Shown here one piece after another: positions 1 through 9,763 of a stretch of DNA of 64,000 bases. Origin of the DNA: an uncultured Gammaproteobacteria bacterium (GTDB taxonomy: Bacteria; Pseudomonadota; Gammaproteobacteria; JABCZS01); assembly GCA_963848305.1 (NCBI GenBank), contig CAWKDC010000001.1:1512622-1576621 (forward strand), in the 5' to 3' direction. Numbering within the stretch: position 1 is the first letter of the stretch; the number at the start of each line of letters is the position of its first letter. Both the position numbers and the translations under genes were made by a program. The notes below the pieces were generated by a model, which was not told the origin of the DNA, searched no databases, and was given only the letters and a program-made list of their open reading frames with translations.

Positions 1-348
1 TATCGCACCGATTTGCGTTTCCAGCCCATCAGGTGAAATATCCGTTAAAAAACCCAACAATCCGCGGTTCACACCAATGACAGGGATATGATCATCCACC
101 ACAGCGTGTGCAGCGTTGAGCAGGCTACCATCCCCGCCGACCACTATCACCAAGTCCACTTCTTTGCCCAAACGTTCCCGTAAAATCACGGGGAGTTTGA
201 GGGAGGGCACATGTTCAGCGGTGTCGGCTTCTAAGAAGAGGTCCACTGGTTGTGTGGAGAGAAAATGCGCCAGCTTTTCCAGGGTGTCACGAGTGGAATG
301 GGTGCTGTATCGACCCATCAAGGCGATGCGTTTAAAATGGGGCTGCAT
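1..348 (-). CDS. nadK: NAD kinase, 5' part (runs off window start)
   Basis: Manual reverse translation from ATG at 348: MQPHFKRIALMGR...VIVVGGDGSLL...GVNRGLLGFLTDISP. GGDG motif of NAD kinases; divergent from grpE as is usual. Confidence 0.93.
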   Translation of the reverse strand, partial: MQPHFKRIALMGRYSTHSTRDTLEKLAHFLSTQPVDLFLEADTAEHVPSLKLPVILRERLGKEVDLVIVVGGDGSLLNAAHAVVDDHIPVIGVNRGLLGFLTDISPDGLETQIGAI

Positions 349-441
349 GATTGTTCTCCCGAGTGTACCTTCCTATTATCGGTCAATTGATGAAAAAAAA
401 CCAATGGTTTCTGGTGACAAGCATTTTAGCGTTGAGCGTCC

Positions 442-470
442 CTTGAATTTCGCCGGCTTTATCCCCATAT
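442..470 (+). promoter_or_regulatory. sigma32 (RpoH) promoter of grpE
   Basis: CTTGAA (442-447), 15-nt spacer, CCCCATAT (463-470); matches the sigma32 consensus upstream of a heat-shock gene. Confidence 0.85.
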
Positions 471-507
471 GCTCTTCAAGTGCGAGAGATATACAGAGGA
501 GTGTGGC

Positions 508-1053
508 ATGAGCAAGCATGATAAGCCTGAAGATTTCAGTTTCGATGAAGCGGTAGCGCCCCCCGAACTCACTGAAAAAACATCAGATTCAGCCAAACAA
601 TTGGCTGAGGCCGAGAAAAAGGCTCAAGAAAACTGGGAATTGGCGTTGCGCACCCGCGCTGAAATGGAAAACCTTCAAAAGCGTGCTGTGCGAGATGTGG
701 AACATGCCCATAAATATGCGTTGGAGCCTTTCATCAAGGCCCTGATCCCCGTGATTGACAGCCTCGAACAAGGGCTGGCCATGCCGACAGACAGCGGCGA
801 ACACGCCAAATCCTTGCACCATGGCATGGAACTCACCCTGAAAATGTTTTTAACGACCTTGGGAAAATTCAGTGTGGAGGTCATTGACCCGCTGCACAAG
901 CCTTTCGACCCTATCCACCATGAAGCCATGGTGATGCAACCCACCGGCGATCACCCCGCAGGCACGGTTTTGACCGTCGTTCAAAAGGGCTATCTGCTGC
1001 ATGGGCGCTTGATTCGGCCCGCTCGCGTGATCGTTTCAAAAGCGCTGGATTAG
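508..1053 (+). CDS. grpE: Nucleotide exchange factor GrpE
   Basis: RAEMENLQKR, FDPIHHEAM and VQKGYLLHGRLIRPARVIV motifs; ATG 508 follows GAGGAG. Confidence 0.97.
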   Translation: MSKHDKPEDFSFDEAVAPPELTEKTSDSAKQLAEAEKKAQENWELALRTRAEMENLQKRAVRDVEHAHKYALEPFIKALIPVIDSLEQGLAMPTDSGEHAKSLHHGMELTLKMFLTTLGKFSVEVIDPLHKPFDPIHHEAMVMQPTGDHPAGTVLTVVQKGYLLHGRLIRPARVIVSKALD

Positions 1054-1055
1054 GG

Positions 1056-1084
1056 CTTGAAAAATATTCAACAACCCCCCATGT
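1056..1084 (+). promoter_or_regulatory. sigma32 promoter of dnaK-dnaJ
   Basis: CTTGAA (1056-1061), 15-nt spacer, CCCCATGT (1077-1084). Confidence 0.82.
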
Positions 1085-1114
1085 GGGGAAGACATGACAA
1101 CTGGGAGAACAAAG

Positions 1115-3075
1115 ATGGCAAAGCATGTAATCGGTATTGATTTAGGAACCACCAACTCTTGTGTGGCTGTATTAGACAAAGGTGGCAAGGTCACCGTGAT
1201 CGCGAACTCTGAAGGTGTGCGTACCACCCCTTCCATCGTCGCCTACACCAAAGACGGGCAAAAGTTGGTCGGTGCCCCCGCTAAACGTCAATCCGTCACC
1301 AATCCCACGAACACATTCTACGCAATCAAGCGTTTGATCGGCCGTATGTTCAAAGATGAAGTCGTTCAGCGCGACATCAAAATGGTGCCTTACAAAATCA
1401 TTGCCGCCAACAATGGCGATGCATGGGTAGAAGTGCAATGGGCAGATAAACCCCATGAACCCAAAGCGCCTGCGCAAGTGTCTGCAGAAGTGCTGATCAA
1501 AATGAAGCAAACCGCTGAAGAATATTTGGGCGAGGAAATCACCGAGGCTGTGATCACTGTCCCTGCTTATTTCAACGATTCGCAACGCCAAGCCACCAAG
1601 GATGCAGGTCGCATTGCCGGTCTTGAGGTGAAGCGTATCATCAATGAACCCACAGCTGCTGCCTTGGCATACGGCATGGACAAAGCCCGTGGCGACAGCA
1701 AAATCGCTGTGTACGATTTGGGTGGTGGTACTTTCGATATTTCCATCATTGAAATTGCAGAAGTTGAAGGCGAGCACCAATTTGAAGTGTTGGCCACCAA
1801 CGGGGATACCTTTTTGGGAGGTGAAGACTTCGACATGCGCATCATCGATTTCTTGGTCGAAGAATTCAAGAAAGAACAAGGCATTGATTTGCGCAACGAT
1901 CCCCTCGCTTTGCAGCGCTTGAAAGAAGCCGCTGAAAAAGCGAAAATCGAGTTGTCTTCCTTGCAGCAAACCGATGTCAACCTGCCTTACATCACCGCAG
2001 ACGCAAGTGGGCCGAAGCATTTGAACATCAAAATGACGCGCGCCAAACTCGAATCACTCGTGGAAGATTTGGTTGAACGTACAATCAATCCTTGTAAGAC
2101 GGCCTTGAAAGATTCTGGTTTATCTCTCGATCAAATAAGCGATGTCATTCTCGTCGGTGGTCAAACCCGTATGCCGAAAGTGCAAGAAATTGTCAAACAG
2201 ATCTTTGGCAAAGAAGCACGTCGTGACGTCAATCCCGATGAAGCGGTTGCCATTGGTGCGGCCATTCAGGGCGGCGTGTTGTCTGGTAGCGTGAAAGATA
2301 TTCTATTGCTCGACGTGACGCCTTTATCCTTGGGGATTGAAACCATGGGCGGCGTGCTCACGAAACTGATTGAAAAGAACACGACCATTCCGACAAAACA
2401 TTCACAAGTGTTTTCAACGGCTGACGACAATCAAACCGCTGTGACGGTGCATGTTGTGCAAGGTGAGCGTGAACGTGCGAATGCGGAAGGGAATAAATCG
2501 TTGGGTCGCTTCGATCTGACAGATATTCCGCCTGCCCCCCGAGGCGTGCCGCAAATCGAAGTCACCTTCGACATTGACGCGAATGGTATTTTGAATGTGT
2601 CTGCCAAGGACAAGGCAACCAATAAGCAGCAATCCATCGTGATCCGCTCGTCAGGCGGTTTGTCTGAAGCTGAAATCGACAAGATGGTGAAAGAAGCAGA
2701 AATGCATGCGGAAGAAGATCATAAATTCAAAGCGTTGGTTGAAACCAAAAACCAAGCAGATGCCATGATCCATTCCGTCACCAAATCGATGAAGGAAGCG
2801 GGCGATAAAGTGTCCGCTGACGAGCGCGCATCAATCGAATCTGCCATCAATGCGTTGAAAGAAGCCATCAAGTCTGAGGATAAATCATTGATCGAAGCGA
2901 AACTGCAAGCCTTGACAGATGCCTCTGGCAAAATGGCTGAGAAGCTATACGCTGCCGGTGGCGATCAAGGCGGCCCGGCCCAGCCGGCGGTGCGACAGCA
3001 GGTGAGCAAGCGGGTGGCGAGAGCGATGCAGTGGATGCGGAGTTCGAAGAAGTGAAGGACAAGGATAAAAAATGA
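1115..3075 (+). CDS. dnaK: Hsp70 chaperone DnaK (apparent single-base frameshift near 2980)
   Basis: [17 protein letters not shown] and DLGGGTFD motifs. The canonical tail [16 protein letters not shown] is in another frame (3001-3075). Confidence 0.97.
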
Positions 3076-3084
3076 TTGAAAATG

Positions 3085-3112
3085 GTAGGGGTGCAGCATG
3101 CTGCTCCCCTAC
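3085..3112. repeat. GTAG-type REP palindrome between dnaK and dnaJ
   Basis: GTAGGGGTGCAGCATGCTGCTCCCCTAC is nearly self-complementary; related copies occur elsewhere in the window. Confidence 0.75.
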
Positions 3113-3142
3113 ACAGAACGCTTCCCAAAATTTAGGCTTATC

Positions 3143-4264
3143 ATGTCCAAACGCGATTACTATGAAATCCTCGGCATTGCCCGTGGTGCCTCACCCGATG
3201 AGATCAAAAAGGCATACCGTCGCCTCGCGATGAAATACCATCCTGATCGAAATGCGGAAGATGCCTCTGCGAAAGAAAAATTTCAGGAATGCCAAGAAGC
3301 CTATACGGTACTCTCTGATCCGCAGAAACGTGCCGCCTATGATCAATTCGGTCATGCCGGTGTGCAAGGTCCAGGCGGTGCGGGGCCTGGCGGCTTTACT
3401 GGAGGCGGATTCGAAGATATTTTTGGTGATATCTTTGGCGATATTTTCGGGGGTCGCGGTGGCCGCGGACAAGGAGCCGGCAGCCGTGCCACGCGAGGCC
3501 ACGATCTCAAATATGATTTGGCACTCACTTTAGAACAAGCGGTTCAGGGTGTCACGCAAGAAATCAAAGTACCGACATGGGTCGGGTGTAAGACTTGTAG
3601 TGGTTCTGGCGCAAAACCCGGTTCATCCAAAAAAACCTGTTCAACCTGTGGGGGTGCAGGTCAAGTTCGCATGCAACAAGGTTTCTTTGCGGTCACGCAA
3701 ACCTGCCCAGCATGTCATGGTGAAGGCAGCATGATTTCAGATCCTTGCACCTCGTGTAAAGGACAGGGTCGTGTTCGTGAAACCAAAACATTGTCTGTTA
3801 AAATTCCCGCGGGAGTTGATAATGGCGATCGCGTGCGTTTAGCAGGCGAGGGTGAAGCGGGCATGCATGGCGGTCCTGCGGGCGATTTATATGTTGAAGT
3901 GCATGTGACACCGCATCCATTTTTCGAGCGTGATGGTAACAATTTACATTCTGAAGTACCCATTGGTTTCGTGACCGCGGCATTAGGGGGTGATATTGAT
4001 GTGCCGACGCTGAATGGTCATGTGAAATTGAAAATTCCTGCAGAAACACAAAATGGTAAAGTTTTCCGCTTACGCGGCCAAGGGGTGAAAGCGCTGCGCA
4101 GTAGCCAGGTCGGTGATTTATTGTGTCGCGTCCACATTGAAACGCCGGTTAACCTCGATAGTAATCAACGCGCTTTACTGGAATCTTTGGGTACCAGTTT
4201 AAACGCAAATCCCAGTAAGCATGAGCCTAGAACAACGGCGTGGCACGCAAAGTCACGGAAATGA
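3143..4264 (+). CDS. dnaJ: Chaperone DnaJ
   Basis: J-domain with HPD, G/F-rich region, four CxxCxGxG zinc motifs. Confidence 0.98.
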   Translation: MSKRDYYEILGIARGASPDEIKKAYRRLAMKYHPDRNAEDASAKEKFQECQEAYTVLSDPQKRAAYDQFGHAGVQGPGGAGPGGFTGGGFEDIFGDIFGDIFGGRGGRGQGAGSRATRGHDLKYDLALTLEQAVQGVTQEIKVPTWVGCKTCSGSGAKPGSSKKTCSTCGGAGQVRMQQGFFAVTQTCPACHGEGSMISDPCTSCKGQGRVRETKTLSVKIPAGVDNGDRVRLAGEGEAGMHGGPAGDLYVEVHVTPHPFFERDGNNLHSEVPIGFVTAALGGDIDVPTLNGHVKLKIPAETQNGKVFRLRGQGVKALRSSQVGDLLCRVHIETPVNLDSNQRALLESLGTSLNANPSKHEPRTTAWHAKSRK

Positions 4265-4284
4265 AATGTGACACACACGCTCTT

Positions 4285-4355
4285 CGTCATCCCGGGCGCA
4301 CATAGCGCGACCCGGGATCCCGGATAATTTTGCTACACAAAATTTTCGGGATGAC
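4285..4355. repeat. CGTC-type REP-like palindromic element
   Basis: CGTCATCCCGGG...CCCGGGATCC followed by CCGGATAA...TTTCGGGATGAC; terminal inverted repeat GTCATCCCG/CGGGATGAC. Confidence 0.65.
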
Positions 4356-4441
4356 AAGATCAGGAGTGCTCCCCACAATAAATCTTGTTCTTTTAAATTT
4401 TTCCTTCTATACTCTTCAAGCCAACATGACAGGAGTACACC

Positions 4442-4660
4442 ATGGCTGATCACTTATTCCAAGAAATTGAGCTGCGCATCGAAACACTCGTGAGCACCTC
4501 CCGTAAACTCAAAGAAGAAAATGCATTTTTGCGTGAAATGGTTGAGGCACTGGAAGCAGAGCTCGCTGAATCACAAGAGAAACAAGCACAAGCCCGCGCG
4601 AGAATTGAAAAGGTGCTTGAACACTTAAAAGCAACGGACACTGTCGATGAACTTCAATAA
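4442..4660 (+). CDS. ZapB-like coiled-coil cell division protein
   Basis: 72-aa coiled coil (LKEENAFLRE...ARARIEKVLEHLK) directly upstream of zapA; AGGAG RBS. Confidence 0.8.
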   Translation: MADHLFQEIELRIETLVSTSRKLKEENAFLREMVEALEAELAESQEKQAQARARIEKVLEHLKATDTVDELQ

Positions 4661-4928
4661 AGAAACAGTACATATCCATCTCCTCGGCAAATCTTATCCC
4701 ATGGTGTGCCCTGCAGATGAAACAGAAAGTTTGAAAGATGCTGCGCAATACTTGGATCAAAAACTTCAAATCCTTGCGCGCTCGCATCCTCAACTCCCGC
4801 TAGAACGTCTCGCTCTCATGGCTGCGTTGGACTTGTCTCAAGAATGTTTGTCGTCTTCCCTATTTCGTGAAGGCCTAGAAGCCAAAATGCGTGCGTTGAA
4901 TCATGCACTTGAAACAGAATTGTGTTAA
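4647..4928 (+). CDS. zapA: Cell division protein ZapA
   Basis: IHLLGKSYPMVCP...L.DAA.YLD...ERLALMAALDL pattern; zapA-ssrS-fau synteny. Confidence 0.9.
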   Translation: MNFNKETVHIHLLGKSYPMVCPADETESLKDAAQYLDQKLQILARSHPQLPLERLALMAALDLSQECLSSSLFREGLEAKMRALNHALETELC

Positions 4929-4938
4929 TCTGATGTGG

Positions 4939-5107
4939 GCCCATTGATTGTCCCCTCCGGGTGTCTTGAGCCGATACTTTATAGACGCAGGAAATACAGT
5001 CTCTGTCACCGTTGTGCATGCCGTGTTCGCACGGAAGCCTGAAGTGATATACTTTTTTCCGACTTGAACCCAGTGGTTCAAGGCAGAGGGGGGGACAATC
5101 AATGGGC
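4939..5107 (+). ncRNA. ssrS: 6S RNA
   Basis: Lies between zapA and fau. Closing stem GCCCATTGATTGTCCCC / GGGGACAATCAATGGGC; contains the CTTGAACC..GGTTCAAG hairpin typical of gammaproteobacterial 6S RNA. Ends are approximate. Confidence 0.88.
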
Positions 5108-5118
5108 GAAAAAACTTC

Positions 5119-5220
5119 TATTTGGGTGATCTTGCGCTAAAATCCTGCGTTGAAATGCTCACATAGAAAAACACTATGCTGCGCTTTCTCCTCGCATTTT
5201 AGCGCAAGATCACTCAAATA
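5119..5220. repeat. ~100-bp palindromic MITE/RPE-like element
   Basis: 25-nt terminal inverted repeats with 1 mismatch (TATTTGGGTGATCTTGCGCTAAAAT / ATTTTAGCGCAAGATCACTCAAATA) around a GCTCACATAG...CTATGCTGCGC core. Confidence 0.7.
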
Positions 5221-5251
5221 TAACCGTTTTTTTGATATGGGTACCTGATTG

Positions 5252-5833
5252 ATGCGTGATACTGTCAAATCAAAACGCCGTGCCCTGAAACCCGACGAGG
5301 TGATGGCGATGAGCGATCTGATCATCACCCGCCTGTGCGAGACATCCCTTATTCAAGGGCAACATATCGCCATTTATTTTTCATACCATCAAGAAGTCAT
5401 GGCTGAACGCATTGTTCCCTGGTTATTAAAGCATCGCAAGCAAGTGTATATGCCCGTATTAGACACCGACACAGGCGTATTATTTTTTGCGCATTACACA
5501 TCTGACACTGCATTGCAACCGAATTTCTACGGTATTTTAGAGCCCGTGAAGCCGCATACTCTCCTGGAACCGTCAAAGCTCGATACGGTGCTTGTGCCGT
5601 TGGTCGCGTTTACACAACGCTGTGAACGTTTGGGCATGGGCAAAGGATATTATGACAAAACATTTGCTTTCCTCCTTCAACATCCCCGTCCCCCCCATCC
5701 TAAGCTGATCGGATTGGCATACGATTTTCAGGAAATGCCCGAATTAATACAACATGATCAAGATGTTCGATTAGATGCTGTGGTCACGGAAACTCGGGTG
5801 ATTTCTGTGATAGACTCCTCTTTTTCCTCATGA
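5252..5833 (+). CDS. fau: 5-formyltetrahydrofolate cyclo-ligase
   Basis: LVPLVAF...RLGMGKGYYDK and GLAYDFQ motifs; downstream of 6S RNA. Confidence 0.93.
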   Translation: MRDTVKSKRRALKPDEVMAMSDLIITRLCETSLIQGQHIAIYFSYHQEVMAERIVPWLLKHRKQVYMPVLDTDTGVLFFAHYTSDTALQPNFYGILEPVKPHTLLEPSKLDTVLVPLVAFTQRCERLGMGKGYYDKTFAFLLQHPRPPHPKLIGLAYDFQEMPELIQHDQDVRLDAVVTETRVISVIDSSFSS

Positions 5834-5842
5834 GAAAGAGAC

Positions 5843-7285
5843 ATGGACATACTCGCCAAAGCGAAAGACATTTTGCTTGCTCCCACAGCGCTGACAGAAA
5901 GCGCTTTATCAAATTTGCTTTCCCACCTGAACGGCCGCGCGATTGATCAAGCGGATCTGTACTTTCAAGTGATTCAACATGAACATTTTGGCTTAGAAGA
6001 TGGCAAAGTGAAAGGCAACAGTTTCAGCCTGGATAAAGGCGTGGGGATCCGTGCCATCAGCGGTGAAAAAACAGGGTTTGCCTACAGCGATGAACTGTAC
6101 ATGCCCGCGCTTGAAAAAGCGACTCAAGCGGCTAAAAGTATTGCCCGCGGTGGTGGCGGAAATGCGATTCCGCAAGCGCCTCATCATGTCTTGCCCAAAG
6201 CATTATATGCCCCGGTCGATCCCCTCGAGAGTGTGAGTACCGCAGAAAAAATGGCTGTGCTGCAACACATTGATCGTTTTGCCAGAGCAATGGATCCCCG
6301 CATCACGCAGGTCATGACAAACCTAACGGCTTCACATGAAGTGATCCTCGTCATGTCGCAAGACGGCACGCTTTCTGCTGATATTCGTCCGCTTGTTCGC
6401 TTGGATGTTCGCGTGATTGCACAATCGGGTAACCGTCGTGAACAAGGTTTTTCCGGTGGCGGTGGTCGTACAGATTATCGTCCTGTGATTGATCTGAAAA
6501 CAGCAGAGTGGCACGCCGCTGAAGCGGTTCGTTTAGCGCTCTTGAATTTGGAAGCAGGCGCAGCGCCTGCCGGCTTGATGCCTGTGGTGCTCGGCCCAGG
6601 TTGGCCCGGCGTGTTATTGCATGAAGCCGTGGGACACGGTTTAGAAGGCGATTTCAATCGAAAAGGTAGCAGTTTTTACGCCGGTCGTTTAGGTGAACAA
6701 GTCGCCAGCCCTCTCGTCACGGTGGTGGATGATGGCACATTGCCAAATCGTCGAGGTTCTCTGACGATTGATGACGAAGGCGTGCCTTCTCAATGCACAA
6801 CGCTCATCGAAAATGGCATCCTAAAAAATTACATGCAAGATAAAATGAATGCGAGATTGATGGGAATGCAGCCCACAGGGAATGGCCGCCGTGAATCTTA
6901 TGCGCATCTGCCCATGCCCCGGATGACCAACACATATTTATTGGCAGGCAAAAGTGATCCCGCGGAAATCATCAGCAGTGTTCAAAATGGTATTTATGCT
7001 GTGAATTTTTCGGGCGGGCAAGTGGACATCACGTCAGGTAAATTTGTTTTCACCACGAGCGAGGCGTACCTCATCGAAAATGGGAAAGTGACACGTCCAG
7101 TAAAAGGCGCGACCTTGATTGGCATGGGTCCGGAAGTCATGCAAAATATTTCCATGGTGGGGAATGACTTGAAGTTGGATCAAGGTGTAGGCGTTTGCGG
7201 GAAGCAAGGCCAATCGGTACCAGTAGGGGTTGGCCAGCCGACGCTGAAGGTGGATCAAATGACCGTAGGCGGCACTCAACAATAA
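5843..7285 (+). CDS. tldD: Metalloprotease TldD
   Basis: [44 protein letters not shown]. Confidence 0.97.
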   Translation: MDILAKAKDILLAPTALTESALSNLLSHLNGRAIDQADLYFQVIQHEHFGLEDGKVKGNSFSLDKGVGIRAISGEKTGFAYSDELYMPALEKATQAAKSIARGGGGNAIPQAPHHVLPKALYAPVDPLESVSTAEKMAVLQHIDRFARAMDPRITQVMTNLTASHEVILVMSQDGTLSADIRPLVRLDVRVIAQSGNRREQGFSGGGGRTDYRPVIDLKTAEWHAAEAVRLALLNLEAGAAPAGLMPVVLGPGWPGVLLHEAVGHGLEGDFNRKGSSFYAGRLGEQVASPLVTVVDDGTLPNRRGSLTIDDEGVPSQCTTLIENGILKNYMQDKMNARLMGMQPTGNGRRESYAHLPMPRMTNTYLLAGKSDPAEIISSVQNGIYAVNFSGGQVDITSGKFVFTTSEAYLIENGKVTRPVKGATLIGMGPEVMQNISMVGNDLKLDQGVGVCGKQGQSVPVGVGQPTLKVDQMTVGGTQQ

Positions 7286-7296
7286 GGATTTATTGC

Positions 7297-8616
7297 ATGC
7301 ATTCAGAAACATTCAAAAACACCGTTTCATACACCCTCGACAAAGCCAAATCACTCGGCGCGACAGATTGCGAAGTGAGCCTTGCCCTCGTAGAAGGGTT
7401 TGATGTGATGGTACGTAACCTGGATGTCGAAACCGTAGAATTCACGGGTGAAAAGGCGATGGCCATCAACGTTTATCGTGGTCACAAGAAAGCGTCTGTG
7501 GGTATTTCCGATGCATCTCATGCTGAAATTGACAAAGCTGTTGCACGTGCCATTGACATGGCCGATGCACTCGAGGCCGATCAGTTCGAAGGATTACCCG
7601 CGCCCAGTGAATTGGCACAGCATTTTAAAGCATTGTCTCTCGATCATCCGTGGGATATCACGCCAGAAAAAGCGATTGACATGGGGATCATGATCGAAAA
7701 GGAAGCACTGGCACAAGACAAGCGTATCAAACAATCCGAGGGCGTGCACATTTCAACCCAGCGGGCTGTGCAAGTGTTTGGAAACAGCATTGGTTTTATG
7801 GAACATGAAGAACGCACGCGTCACAGTATTTCTTGTGTACTGATTGCAGAAGAAGCGGGCCGCATGCAACGCGATTATGCATACGATACCCGACGCGATT
7901 TTCATGATTTAATGCCGCACAGCGAATTGGTCGTGATGGCAGCACAACGGACAGTGGCACGCTTGAATGCGCGATCCATTCCCACCACACGCGTGCCTGT
8001 GTTATTCGATCCGCCGCTCGCTGCAGGTTTAATTCATCATTTTTTATCGGCCATCAGTGGCGGAGCCTTATACCGCGAGGCCTCATTTTTATGCGGCGCA
8101 TTGGGCGAGCGGATTTTTCCAACATGGATGAACATTGAAGACAATCCATTCTTATTGAAAGGCATGGGATCCTGCAATGCGGATAATGATGGCGTGCAAA
8201 CACAAGAGCGTCATTTGATCAAAGACGGTGTTTTACAAGGATATTTGCTGAGCGTGTACACGGGTCGCCGTTTGAAAATGGCTTCCACAGGTAATGCGGG
8301 CGGCGCACACAACGTGCTGGTGCAATCAGGTCCTGATGATCTGCCTGGTTTATTGCGTAAAATGGATCGCGGCTTATATGTCACGGAGTTAATGGGGCAG
8401 GGGGTTAATATAGTGACGGGGGATTATTCTCGCGGAGCATCCGGCTTCTGGGTTGAAAATGGTCAAATTCAATTTCCTGTTGAAAATATCACCATTGCCG
8501 GTAACCTTAAAGAGATGTTCGCGCATGTTGTTGCGGTAGGCAGCGACATCGACACGCGTGGGCAGGTGCGTATCGGTTCGCTGTTGCTCAGCGAGATGAC
8601 AGTGGCAGGGAATTAA
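7297..8616 (+). CDS. pmbA: PmbA/TldE
   Basis: MQRDY, STGNAGG, ELMGQGVNIVTGDYSRGASGFWVENG. Confidence 0.95.
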   Translation: MHSETFKNTVSYTLDKAKSLGATDCEVSLALVEGFDVMVRNLDVETVEFTGEKAMAINVYRGHKKASVGISDASHAEIDKAVARAIDMADALEADQFEGLPAPSELAQHFKALSLDHPWDITPEKAIDMGIMIEKEALAQDKRIKQSEGVHISTQRAVQVFGNSIGFMEHEERTRHSISCVLIAEEAGRMQRDYAYDTRRDFHDLMPHSELVVMAAQRTVARLNARSIPTTRVPVLFDPPLAAGLIHHFLSAISGGALYREASFLCGALGERIFPTWMNIEDNPFLLKGMGSCNADNDGVQTQERHLIKDGVLQGYLLSVYTGRRLKMASTGNAGGAHNVLVQSGPDDLPGLLRKMDRGLYVTELMGQGVNIVTGDYSRGASGFWVENGQIQFPVENITIAGNLKEMFAHVVAVGSDIDTRGQVRIGSLLLSEMTVAGN

Positions 8617-8617
8617 T

Positions 8618-9712
8618 GTGAGCACGTACGATGTGTTGATCGTTGGTGCCGGTCTTGTCGGCACTACCCTGGCGTTAGCCTTGCATCAAACGGGTGTGAG
8701 GGTTGCGCTGATGGATGCCAAACCACGTTTGTCCGCTGACAACATGAGTGATGTGCGCACGGTGGCGCTGTCATTGGCTTCTGTGAGATGGCTCGAAAAA
8801 ACAGGCGTCTGGGCATTGTTATCAGACGAGGAAAAATCGCCTTACACCCACATGTGTGTGTTTGAACCGGATTATCCCGCATCCACACTCACATTTTCTG
8901 CGCAGCAATCGGGTTTGCCTTGTTTGGGCTATATCGTTGCGCACGATCGTCTATTAATGGCCGCACAATCATTATTACAGTGCGATACCTTTTTTGACAC
9001 GCCAATTCATGCGTTGAGTGATGTCACAGATCGTGCGCAGATAGTTATTGGATGTGATGGCGCTGATTCTTTGCTGCGTCAAGCGATCAGCATCACACAG
9101 CAGACGCATGATTACGAGCAGAAGGCATTGGTTGCTGAATTACAATGCGAGCATTGGCATGAACACACTGCTTGGCAATCATTCTCGCAAGGAGCCATCA
9201 TGGGGTTATTGCCCTTGCACGATCGCCATCGTGTGAACATGGTCTGGAGCCTGAACAGAACGCTGGCCGACGAATATGCGTCTTTGCCTGTCACATCATT
9301 AGAACCATTGATTCAATCCATGTTCGGTGATCGCTTGGGTCGCTTATCAATCGTGTCAACCCGTGTCGGGAAGTTCTCCTTGGTGGCGCGCCATGCTCAT
9401 CAATATGGGAATGATCGCGTGATATTACTAGGTGATGCCATTCACACCGTGCATCCATTGGCGGGGCAGGGTGTTAATTTGGGTTTTCTGGATGCAGCTG
9501 CGCTAGTCGAGTGTTGGGGCAGTAGGAATCTGCGCGCGTGTGTCGAGCGCCGCCGCAAAGCCCATAATTTTTTCACCACTCATTTAATGACAGCCTTGCA
9601 GCAAGCGTACGCGCAAACGGGGCTTGTCGCACAAGCGCGCCATTTGGGTGTCAGAGGGTTGAATGCGGTGCCAATGTTAAAAAGCATGATCGTGAAAGCA
9701 ATGACAACATGA
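8618..9712 (+). CDS. UbiH/UbiF/UbiI-family FAD-dependent hydroxylase
   Basis: GAGLVG Rossmann motif, GCDGADS, GDAIHTVHPLAGQGVNLGFLD; paralog not resolvable by eye. Confidence 0.88.
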   Translation: MSTYDVLIVGAGLVGTTLALALHQTGVRVALMDAKPRLSADNMSDVRTVALSLASVRWLEKTGVWALLSDEEKSPYTHMCVFEPDYPASTLTFSAQQSGLPCLGYIVAHDRLLMAAQSLLQCDTFFDTPIHALSDVTDRAQIVIGCDGADSLLRQAISITQQTHDYEQKALVAELQCEHWHEHTAWQSFSQGAIMGLLPLHDRHRVNMVWSLNRTLADEYASLPVTSLEPLIQSMFGDRLGRLSIVSTRVGKFSLVARHAHQYGNDRVILLGDAIHTVHPLAGQGVNLGFLDAAALVECWGSRNLRACVERRRKAHNFFTTHLMTALQQAYAQTGLVAQARHLGVRGLNAVPMLKSMIVKAMTT

Positions 9713-9724
9713 ATATGGGCTCTT

Positions 9725-9745
9725 GTAGGGGCACATATTTGCGCC
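9725..9745 (+). repeat. GTAG-type REP
   Basis: GTAGGGGCACATATTTGCGCC between convergent genes. Confidence 0.65.
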
Positions 9746-9763
9746 GGTTAAACACGATTGATT

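Noticed and set aside
349-507. CIRCE/HrcA operator
   Set aside because: No TTAGCACTC-N9-GAGTGCTAA seen and no hrcA gene; the sigma32 promoters explain the regulation.
1172-2020. 282-aa antisense ORF inside dnaK
   Set aside because: Antisense shadow ORFs of dnaK are a known codon-bias artefact; the same applies to the other short overlapping ORFs in the track.
4240-4284. Truncated dnaJ C-terminus
   Set aside because: The ending (AWHAKSRK) is atypical, but the length is near normal and no convincing alternative-frame tail is visible.
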